64,000 nt of DNA from Oculina patagonica. Lineage: Eukaryota. Made by a program: the position numbers and the translations under genes. The notes beneath the pieces were generated by a model, which saw only the letters and a list, made by a program, of their open reading frames with translations, did no database searches and was not told the DNA's origin. The stretch's first letter is position 1. Every line of letters starts with the position of its first letter. This document shows, in pieces, positions 39,601 through 49,600 of the stretch. Location: contig NC_135764.1 in assembly GCF_052425735.1 (NCBI RefSeq), positions 19,282,001-19,346,000 of the forward strand, read 5' to 3'.

Positions 39601-42600
39601 TATTTTTAAGCTAAGAAGCTTGTGGGGCTGCCATATTCCCTGTCAAACTGGGATTTGGAAATGTTGGAGGGTGTAAAACCTGAGAGCTTGGAGAGAAACC
39701 CTTGCAACAAGAACCAGATCCAACAACAAACTCAACCATCTTATGATGCCAGGTCCTGGATTCAAAACTGGGCCACAATGGTGGGAGGCGAGTGATTTCA
39801 CCACTGCGCCATTCCTGCTCCCTCCCATGAAAGGATGCTTGAAGGTCTGTAAAGATCTTTGCCGTAAATATTGACATGCTTATTATAATTACCTTTTATC
39901 ATCCTTTCTATCATCATGACTTCTTTCTCTTGAGCCATCCTGCAAAACAATTAAACGAGGCATAATTTAACTAACAACCTTTAGAAAAAAAAGAACGTAT
40001 CTGACACAACCTCACTTTGTTTCAATATTTAAAAATAGTGAAGCAAAACAATCAAGGCTGTTATTTTTTGGAGTGTCCACTATTTGAGTTAGCTGTACAA
40101 GTACATTTACATATTTATTAAATAACTAATAAAAGTTTCTTTACCATGACAAGATTAAATAAGAAGTATTGATTCCCTACCTGGGTGGCAAAGGGATATT
40201 AGTCAATCAAACAGTGTAGGCTATCGTCAAGATTTTTTGCCAGGTTTGTACCCAAGAAAATTAATTACTGTGGTGAAGAGAGGCCTTATTATGAAAGATG
40301 TCTAAGACTCTGCTGAATTGTAAGCTGTACAATTACCTCATTTTTGGAACGCTCCTTTCTTCTATCCGAGTCTCGATTTTCCTTGTCATGTCTATCACTT
40401 CTTCGCCTTTCATCTTTGTCAGAATCTTTATTTTCTTTATCCAATCGATCTCTGTCTTTTTCTTTCCTTCGTTCTCTCTCCTTGTCCCTCTCCCTGTCCC
40501 TTGTCTTTTCTTTTCCTCTATCCCTGTCCTCCCGTTCTCTCTCTTTCCTCCTCTCCTTGCTGGTGTCTCTATCTCTGCTTCTTTCATGTCTGTCTGCTTC
40601 TCCCCTCCTTTCCCTTTCTTTTTCTCTTCTGTGTTCCCTGTCTCTGTCCTCACTACTTTTCTCTTTTCTCCTGTCACGACTTCTGTCACGTTCACCATTT
40701 CTCTCTCTTCCTTCACGGCCTTTCTCCTGGTCTTTACTCTTCCCATCGTCTCGTTCTCTTCTTCTGTCCCTATCACGTTCTTTATCTCCACTTTCCTTTT
40801 CTTTTCGTCTTTCTTGACTTCTGTCTCTTTCTTTTGATCTTTCAGCATCTTTCGTTCTTTCACTTCCTTCTTTTTCTCTTCTTTTTGTCCTGTCTTTGTC
40901 CTTGTCGTGCTCTCGTTCTTTTTCTCTTGGTCTCTCCTTATCCCTATCTTCATCTCTTTTTCTCCTTTCCTTCTCCCGATCTCTGTCCTTTTCTCCCTCT
41001 CTGCCTTTTTCCCGATCCCTGTCTCTTGCCCCTCCCTTGTCTCTTTCTCTATCCCTGTCCCTATCTGATCTCCTGCGATCTGTTTCCCCATTGGCTACAT
41101 CATCATGACCTCTTCTCTTTCTATCGTCATCTTTGTCCTGGGAACGAAAAAAACTGTCACATGTAATAGTATAACAACACTGACAGTGATAGACAACATT
41201 ATTCACTGATGATGAAAAACAACCTTCAATATCACAATCAAAGACAAAAAGAAAAAAACACTACCTTTGACTTGAAACAAAGGTGCCTTAAAAAGGTGAT
41301 CAAATGCATCAAAGACATTTCAAAGGTAGAAGGGACTACATGTAATTAACAAACTGATTTTGACTAATGTTTACTGATTCTGATTGATTACACCTCTGAT
41401 AGGTTGCAAAGCTTTAAAACTTTAGTTCCTTTGATAAAGTACAATGTCAAAGGGCTATGAAAAGTCCTATGAAAAGTGTCTACACCTTTGAATGTTGTGT
41501 CCATCCAGTGTTAACTATCTACATGTGACCTACCAAAAGTTCCATACCCAGGGAAGTCAATATTTGCTAATTAAGCAAAATAAATACAGGTTACCTTATG
41601 TCCAGTTGTAGCAACCCAAAATATGAATTTAACCATGAAATTCATGGAGGTTTACAAAACTGATCTTTTCTTTTATAGCCTGTATGCTCCTTTAATTACA
41701 CGGTACAAAATTACTTGTAATACTACATGATGTATGTGTTGCAGTTTAAAATGAATTGAAGGGGTGTGTGGAATAAGGCCCTATTTGGATCCTGATCTAA
41801 TATAAAATTCTCCCTTTGATTTATAAGCATACACAGGGCAAATTGGAAGGGGAATCTAGCAATTTATCAGAAATAACTGGGGGCTTTATTCCAGGCACCC
41901 TTTCATTTATAGGTCAAAATGATTTCAAACTAGTTTGATTTGTATTTTTCTTTGTTCCTGATTTATAAATATTGTAATCCTAAAAAAGACAAATACAAAT
42001 CAAGCTAGTTTGAAATCATAATCTAAAATCATTTAAACCCCAAAATATGGATTATTTTGTGTGCTTTATTAATTATAGGACATGTACAGTACATGTACGT
42101 AACGTGTATATGTGGTGGTTTAAATTATTAATTTTTTTCTTGTGACATTTTTTAATCCAGTTTGATTTTTCTTTTTCTTTGTTTACATCATGATAATGAA
42201 TATAAACAACAGAAATAAACCAAACCAAAAAACAAACTTTAACCACAACATTTCCATTTTCTTTACAACCATCAGGGCTTCTGATATTATGCGATGTTGC
42301 GATTTCGCATAATTGACCTCAAATCGCAACTTTTTTGCATAATTCATCAAAAATCGCATAATTTGTACAAAATCGCACAATTTGAGAAAACATAAAGGAA
42401 ATTATCGCTTAAACTAAGTTTTAAGACAACTTCAACATTGTTTCAATGTGATTTACCTGTTAAACAACCTTGGAAAACCTCTGATGTGGTTTCCAATCGA
42501 ACAACATTACTTCGGGCAGGCAACTTTCTTTTTCAGTTTCAACTTAGCCATAACAACATTCACACAAATACCGGTAAATTTGCTTTCTATCTTTGCTTTC

Positions 42601-45159
42601 TTGTATTGTACTGAAGTTTACAAGGCAAAATGGCTGGATTCAGAATGTTTAAATCCTTCCATGAAGTCAAAAAGCAGAAAAAGATCGTAGAGTGTTCAAT
42701 CCGTTCGATACCATACGTTTACACATGCGCCTTCATTAATTCGGTCAGCGGTATCTTGTCACCCTTCATATAAAGTGTCACCAAAAGTCATCACTGTTCT
42801 ACTACGTCATGTAGTGTACACGGAAAACCATTTGACATTGGAATAAACGGTAATGGGCAGAAAATAATCTATTTCATTCTAATAAAGATATTTATCGTTC
42901 CTTCATGCTTTTATTCTTTTTTTAAATGCACAGAATGGATTTTCATTTTCTGAAACCTTGTAAAACAAGCTTAAAATCGCTCAGATAAAATCGCATAATT
43001 TGCCGCATAAAAGTACTTTCTTGCCGCATAATTTGCCCTAAAAATGCCGCATAATTTCTGCTTTTTTGCCGCACCCTATCAGAAGGCCTGAACCATGTTT
43101 ACATGACTGTTCACAAGTCAAGTGTACCTTCCGTTCTCTTTTATCCTCAGATTTACGACTTGAGTGTTCCTTGGATCTTCTGCTCTCATCTTTGGACTTT
43201 GTCTTGTCATCCTAGGCAGCAAAATTGAACAAAATGATGCAAAACAATCAGGACATGGATTCTTCTCCCTCTAGCCCTTATCTTCCATTATCTGGCTATT
43301 ACTTATTAAAGGTTGCAAGCAAACGCTTAAAGCTACATACATGTATAATTCTCAGAATCAGGGCACATATGTGAAATTATGAGTAATGTAATACATGTAG
43401 GGCTGTCATTAAGTTTTTAAGAAGCCATTACAGTACATTGAAGTTATCACCCATAGCATTTAGCATAGTATAAAGCCCTGGGTAAACAGTAACGCAAGTG
43501 GACGCAAGTACTGTAGTTGCAAGTCCAACTTGTGTACGGACTTGCGCTGGGTGGCCAAATGGACACACAAGTTTAGTCGCAAGTGCATGCAAGTTTGCAA
43601 CAAGTCATTTAAAATGCTACAAGGTGCAATTCAGTATTTGAAGTAAACTGTAAAAAATGCAATGACTTGCGAAGAATGGCCAAATGGTGAAAAACTTGCG
43701 TTAACTTAAGTGCAAATTTGATCTTAACCAAAGTGAACGCAAGTCAATGCAAGTGTGACGCAAGTCCTCACTCATGGACAAATGGAGATCCAAGTGGACG
43801 CACGTTTTTTAACTTGCGCCTACTTGCATTGTCGTTTGGTCAGGGCTTAATATAACACCAATCAAAATCTTCACCCGTAACATCAAGTGAACTCCATTAA
43901 AAATGATATTGTAGTTTCCTGACCTTCAACACTTTTTTTAGCTCTGATTCTTTCCATGTGTCTTCCTTGCTACGATCCTAAAAAATAAAAAGCCAAATGT
44001 TACAGGTAATTTATTTTGCCCTCTTAGCTATTATTTGACTATCAATATTCAGGCAAGAATATTGAATAAAATTGTATTGACTCAATTGAATTAAATTGTA
44101 TTGACTCAATTGACTGCATTGATTTCACTATGCAATCTTAATTCAGCTCAGTCAAAAATTGTGATAATTGCATAATCATTCAGGACTTAGCAAAAAATGG
44201 CACACAAAGCACGCAAAATCGATGATGTTTCCCAAGGGGATCTTTAAACATTTTCAGGAAATTTGTCAAAAAATTAATGTAAATAAAAGTAGCTGATATC
44301 TTCTGTGTTGAATGATTTTCAATAAAGGTTGCATTACCTTGTAGCGCAATACCCATTATTATTCAACAAATGCGCGTTCTGCCCAGAATTATATGGTCAA
44401 AATGTTAACGTTATCTGTCATCCGTACATAACAGATATCCTGCTTTTTCACACATGCGCGCGTCTTGTTTTTTAATATACATAGGTTGCGAAGATTCGTC
44501 CGAAGTCTTGTAAAGAACACTGCATAATCTTAGTACACATTCGTGACTTTTAACAGGTCTATGGTTTGGACATAATTTAAGACTCCTGATGCCAGATGCA
44601 ATCTGCATGCAAACAGTTACACTGTACCCATTTCAGACACTTCACTCAGGTTATAACTAACGATTTGTAGTAAGTAATTTGATAATGCAATAGTTGTACA
44701 TAAACTGTTGACAACTTCAATTTATAAGACAAGTGTGAAATTTGATATGTCTTCTTCAAACTAACACAAATTATTTAAAATAAATTAACTACATTTCAGA
44801 GAACAACCAAAATAACGGCATGAGCAGGTGAGATTACGCATTTATAAGCTTATTCCAAAAAATATATTTAAGCTTAATTAAGCTCTTTTTTGATTAAGAA
44901 TCATCGAGCTAAAAATGGCTGCGTTGTTACGTACTCAGCTTACATTTTTCCATGAAACAAGAGAGAAAAAAATATCTTAAATACTACTCATGAAGCAAAT
45001 GAATACCATTCGATCAGTTAAACGAATACGCAAAATTAAACCGTATGTTCGTTCCTGAATGCTTTTATATCTTATGGATATCATTCTACCTGAACCGTAG
45101 CAACGAAAACACATGAAACTACAAGGCATAGCAGATATCCTCACCTTCCCAGATGGCAT
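21666..45159 (-). CDS. DYNC2I1: Cytoplasmic dynein-2 intermediate chain 1 (WDR60/FAP163), 36 coding exons, ~1115 aa
   Basis: Phase-consistent GT-AG exons: 45145-45159, 43924-43977, 43128-43211, 40337-41137, 39893-39939, 39400-39442, 39072-39149, 38538-38588, 37969-38097, 37492-37563, 37245-37265, 36952-37023, 36074-36098, 35414-35520, 35045-35158, 34761-34872, 34490-34587, 33784-33907, 32895-32992, 32258-32328, 31782-31857, 30853-30967, 30379-30454, 29241-29273, 28475-28509, 28202-28254, 28053-28104, 27098-27164, 26454-26541, 25192-25258, 24812-24870, 24049-24094, 23817-23937, 23555-23611, 22846-22918, 21666-21779. Peptides match human WDR60 as recalled: [127 protein letters not shown]. Confidence 0.95.
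22077..22317. mobile_element. PIF/Harbinger-like MITE in the last DYNC2I1 intron
   Basis: TIRs AGGCTGGTTTTCACT / AGTAAAAACCAGCCT, TA-rich 3-bp flanks, and internal inverted AGCACA/GCATAA repeats. Confidence 0.65.
25382..25560. other. Assembly gap (N run) inside a DYNC2I1 intron
   Basis: Run of n. The flanking exons stay in phase, so no coding sequence appears to be lost. Confidence 0.98.
25782..26137. mobile_element. PIF/Harbinger-like MITE, TTA TSD
   Basis: TIRs AGGTCGGGACACACTA / TAGTGTGTCCCGACCT; TTA on both sides (25779-25781, 26138-26140); internal TGTCGC/GCGACA repeats. Confidence 0.85.
26143..26321 (+). mobile_element. 3' part of a SINE (Nin/Deu-domain-like) with a (TTCAC)n tail
   Basis: TAAAAGAACCCACACACTTATCGTAAAGAGTAGGG core; ends AATAAAGTA(TTCAC)4. 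Confidence 0.6.
29968..30111. mobile_element. MITE (GGCCCGGGTTGTTCAAA family); related termini at ~53613-53846
   Basis: GGCCCGGGTTGTTCAAAGGATAG..GCTATCCACCTGATAA paired with TTATCAGGTGAATAGC..TGAACAACCGG. Confidence 0.65.
34097..34362. mobile_element. MITE nested inside another repeat (~33985-34395)
   Basis: TIRs CTACAATGGGCGCCAAAAGTGTTGAGAC / GTCTCAAGGACTTTTGACGCCCATTGTAG. Confidence 0.7.
36215..36692. repeat. Interspersed non-autonomous element with subterminal inverted AGCGGAGCTCC motifs
   Basis: AGCGGAGCTCC at 36241 and GGAGCTCCGCT at ~36675; internal duplicated TGAGCCCGCGAT...TGGTCAGCGG. Confidence 0.5.
36914..36927. promoter_or_regulatory. RFX X-box-like motif in DYNC2I1 intron 12
   Basis: GTTTCTATGGCAAC matches the X-box consensus, and the host is a ciliary gene. 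Function is untested. Confidence 0.3.
39645..39823 (-). mobile_element. tRNA-derived SINE (Meta/V-SINE-like core), decayed
   Basis: Minus strand GGGAGCAGGAATGGCGCAGTGGTG (A box) ... TTTGAATCC (B-box remnant) ... GGTTGAGTTTGTTGTTGG..GGGTTTCTCTCC...AACATTTCCAAATCCC. Confidence 0.7.
42273..43090. mobile_element. Non-autonomous hAT-like DNA transposon with a 6-bp TSD
   Basis: TIRs CAGGGCTTCTGATA / TATCAGAAGGCCTG; AACCAT at 42267-42272 and 43091-43096; subterminal CGCATAAT repeats. Confidence 0.75.
43474..43847. mobile_element. PIF/Harbinger-like MITE, TAA TSD
   Basis: AGCCCTGGGTAAAC...GTTTGGTCAGGGCT with TAA on both sides; internal CGCAAGT/ACTTGCG repeats. Confidence 0.8.
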
Positions 45160-45293
45160 TCTTTGATCATCGCTGGCTTCCTTTAAGAAATATAGCAGGA
45201 ACAGCTCAAAATGATGAAAATGTCAGCTGAATTTTGCTATTCAGGCTCCATAGTTACTAAGTACACTTTCCGCCATTACTGTTTTAGAAATTT

Positions 45294-45307
45294 GTCATCC
45301 GGGAAAC
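45294..45307. promoter_or_regulatory. Candidate RFX X-box 135 bp upstream of the DYNC2I1 ATG
   Basis: GTCATCCGGGAAAC is an imperfect match to GTNRCC-N0-3-RGYAAC. RFX control of ciliary genes is established in animals. Confidence 0.35.
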
Positions 45308-45696
45308 TACGAAAGTGACTCTAGTGTCCAACCCCCTTTCATTTTCCCGCGAAATTCGATTTTGTAAAAAAACACATGAAAACGGAGCGGCAAACCAGTA
45401 AAAATTAAACATCACGTGTGATAGCTGGTGTGAAAATACTTACATTTTTTTCGGCGACACAGGTGGTCCGCGAATTGTAGCGTGAAACATGAACACAATA
45501 TTATGTAATATTATGTTCGTGAAACTTGCAACAATTTATGAGGGGCCTGAATCACAGACAGAAAAACAATAGAACTGGGACTGGGATTTTGGGAATTGGG
45601 AAAGCAATAGGCTAGGGAAATGAGATTTATACCCCCCCCCCCCCCCCTTTCTTTTAAGGTCCCTAATTTATTTACGACAAAAGTTGCACGTGATAT

Positions 45697-45868
45697 AATA
45701 GGCAATTTCCGATATATTAAAATTCTATCTTGGCTCCGAGGCTTGGGGGAATAAAACAAAAGATATCACGTCAAGGTTCAGGAATAAACAAATCATTTCT
45801 TTTGTTTTATTCCCCCAAGCCTCGGAGCAAAGTTAGAATATTAATATATCGCCGGGAATTGGCCTATT
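45697..45868. repeat. Palindromic MITE in the intergenic region between DYNC2I1 and the MAP gene
   Basis: AATAGGCAATTTCCGATATATTAA..GCTCCGAGGCTTGGGGGAATAAAACAAAAGA paired with TCTTTTGTTTTATTCCCCCAAGCCTCGGAGC..TTAATATATCG..GAATTGGCCTATT. Confidence 0.75.
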
Positions 45869-46663
45869 TTCTGCTCGTTTCAATAATCACATAAGAAATA
45901 CGCGAGAAATACTGCGTCATCAACCGCGAATGATTGGTTTCAGTATGTTAGTCGAGGCCTGTTGGTCCCACAATACTTGGCTTCACACTAGAAGCTAATT
46001 AGTTTCAAGTCAGCACTTGAATCAGTGCACTTAAAAATCTTAAGTCTATTTTTCAAAATCTGCTTCACACTTGATGACTAAGTATTTACTTGAGGTACAA
46101 GCTGTCAATCATCTTCGAGGGGAAAATCAGTCACGCATATATCACACCGATTGCACGCTGGAAATCATAGGCCGCAAAAGAGAATGTTTTTGCAATTCCT
46201 ATTTATTTTTGTATTTTGCGGCGGAAGTGCAGGTTGAAATAGTGGCTGCACGTGGCTGGTTTTGAAGAACCGCATTTCGTGGTAGAAATGAAACGATGTT
46301 AAGCCGCTGAAAAAAGGAATTAAAATAGGATTATAAGTTTATTATAAGTTTAACCATATGCATCGACTCTTTCTTTCTTTGTTAACTTACATAAAAGACT
46401 CTTGCTCCTCCGAACACCAGCCGTCCATTTTGAATTTCTCTGATCAGTTTCAGCTGCAAGTTGTTTTCAGAACGTGACACGCTGCACGCGCGCCAGTTGG
46501 CTTCCATCCACTGCAGTGGATGAGACCTACGGCGGCGTACCGCTTGAACTACGAAAGTTTCATGGTCAAGAGATTCGACCCCCACACTCAAAGTAGGTTC
46601 CAAGTGCACTTAGACTATACTTTAAGCTCTAGTGTGAAGCCAAGTATTAATAAGGCTCGTCAA

Positions 46664-49600
46664 ATGCCAAACAATTACTTTAGATTTCTTCAAAACGAAC
46701 GGCAACACGATGTTGTACAAGTCATTCCAATAGTGCTTTAGCCATTGCTATTGCTTGTGCTTGTGGCTGTTTTCATTTTCTATCAGAGCCGTCATGGGTC
46801 GAGTTAACCCCAACCTCGTTTTCAGGCTCCTTTTCTGAGTTAATCCCAGCATGCATTTGTCCTGCAACGGAATGCCGGGAACACTAAATCAGCTCTCCTC
46901 AGCCTCGTTTGGAGAGGGGGAAATTATAACGAGGTTACATCATTTGCATATATGAACAAGACACCTTGCTCGGTCGACGCCATCACAAAACTCGTTACAT
47001 CGGTTCTGGAAGAAGGGTTATCACAGCTTAACTGAGGAATCTGTTGAATATAGCTTCTACTGAACGCCCGTGAATCCATCACAAGGATGAAAACAAGAAC
47101 ATTACGATTACAATTCAAGTTTATTACCTCCGTGATTTTGTTATTCCTCGGCGCGCGGCTGCTTATTGTAAAATATTAAAAACTACAACAGTTATGTTTT
47201 ATTTATAGAACTGAATTATTTGCGAGTAAACTTGAGTTCTCGAGCGTGAAAAGTTCGTTTCGCTCTCTTCTGGAAGAAAGTTTTGAACGGCTGGAGCGTA
47301 TTTGTTAAGTCTTGGTTTTTCACAGAAAATAAATGAGCAGTCGCACGATTGTCAAAGTCTCCGGGCTGGTGGTTTTGTTTTGTGTTACCCGTTAAGACCT
47401 GTTCTTACGGCTTTGTTTCTTTTATTTTGACCTTCTTGGTAGATCAACGCCACGTACTCGCTAAACTTCGCTCTTAATTTTCTATTTCTAACTCTTAACG
47501 CGGAATGAAAACGAAAATTTGAGTTTTGACTGTTCGGACATTCTAGAACACTTCATCTGAGGCGCAGCATGTGGACGGCACTTGGGTGGGTTCCTTTTAA
47601 ATGGGTTGTAGCGTTTAGTTCTAAGTTACGTTCAATCCATAACAATTTAGTTGTTGATTGATTTAATGAAAAATCCTTTTTTTGATTTCTCGTGTCAGCT
47701 TGTACGCTTTTGGGCCAAATCGCAGAGACCTGAGAGAATACAAGAAGTTACGGCGGTAAGTTTGATGTGTGTTATAAAGAGAAAAAATGTCTTGCAGATC
47801 ATGTGATTTACGCATGAGAGAGTTTTATTTCTCGCTGATCAAAGGTCCGTTGATCATCTGGCTGAAACCAGTTCCTTTCTTCTAGCAAAAGATTGAAAAG
47901 TGTGTTTTTCTACAGAACGTGTTAAACCTTATAGGTGTTAGCTCAACAGATAAAATTTAATGTTTATCTGAAATTAACATGTCATTTACGTTGCTATAAC
48001 TAGAAGGTTTGTTCCTCTGATCTAGCTCAACTCTCACGTATGGCAGTACCAATCTGAAACTAAAAGTATAACTATAAGTTTCGTTTGCGAATAGCCAAGT
48101 TACCGGCTTATAAATTTAAAAGTGCAATTTCTCAAAGATTCCCTCCCTAACTTCTTGAAGTAGTGTTAGTTCTACGCTCTGCTAGAGCAATACAATGTTT
48201 TTGGTAATCTGAAAACAAATCAAGCTAAGATTGCTTTCACAGCTTGAGACATCGGAAGAGCTCGTGAATTCGGCAGGTGAACACGACGAGTCCATCGGTC
48301 CTAATCGGTTGAACTTCGGATTTTTATCAGCAATCTTATCAGTTTCGGCCGGTACAGGATTATTTCAGTGCTTTCAGATGGGAATTGATCCTGTTGATTC
48401 GATGCAAGTTAAGCTAGAACACTATAAAATGGTAATACTGTAATTTACAGTTTCATTTCTCCAACTGAGTGAGATTGTTAAGCGAAAAATGAATAAAGGC
48501 AAAGAGTTTTGCAATGACAAACCATTTTTAAACGCTATTTCAAATGTCGGAGACTTAAAGTTTGGAAGTAACCGGCACCTTATAAATAACACTGTATTTA
48601 AATTTTAGCTCTTTAGAAAATTACGATCAGTTTTTGGGACGTTTCATGCACCAGTTTTAGTTATTGCGATGAAATTGCAAATTGAACATCGAAACATTTT
48701 ACTCCTTTTTTAGCAAAAAACCCCTTAGGGAAAATATTATTATCTGAAGCGAAAATTACCAGAAAATTATTAAAGGAAAATTAAAGAAAATGTTCACCAA
48801 TTCACATACTCTATGACAAAAATTCGTCCGATCTTCGATATCGATCTAATTAGACAAAACAATTAAAATCTGATTATTATCTTGATAAAGAATTTATCTA
48901 ATTTTAGAATTGAGAGATACATGCCTGGATTTACAAGTTAACCGCAGGGAGACTTAGTCTGTATTCTCCAAAATTATCTTGTATTCAAAGCATTGGAGCG
49001 TTCCATCTGGCAAGTTCAAATAAACCGATATAAAACCGTATCATTAGGTATTAATATGCATGTTCACTGGTTTGCTGGTAAAGCATGATCCCGTGCAGTT
49101 TTGTGGTATTCTCACTTATTTTATACACTGGAGGGAAATAAGAGTTAATTTACATATTCCATTTATATCAGTCAGCACCTGCTAAAGTTTGCATACCGGT
49201 CGAGTGGTTCACAGCATACATAAATTTAGCGTCACTATATCTCAGTTAAACAAGCGTCCGACAGCGTCCTAGTTTTTCTGCTTGATGGTCAAGTAAATGA
49301 GAAAGGTATTGCTACAGTTTTCTTTGTATCATTCGTTTGGGTGAATGGCATTATCTGCTCGACGATAAATTACACATTTGAAACTGCAAAGGGAAAGCAC
49401 AGTAGAATACAGCATTGAATACGTATATCTCGAAAGCCATTAACTGCCAAACTTTTGCGTGAAGTTAGTTTCATCTTAGACAAAATTTCAATATAATTTC
49501 ACTTTCTATAGCTGATATATCAATTGTTGGTTAACGTTTTTTGCAAACGTTGTCAGTGAGATACAGCAAGATGTTTTCCGGCAGTATTTATCAGTAAGTC

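Noticed and set aside
40298-41166. Several long overlapping ORFs on both strands
   Set aside because: They arise from the stop-poor low-complexity purine-rich DYNC2I1 exon. Only the R/D/E/K frame splices in phase.
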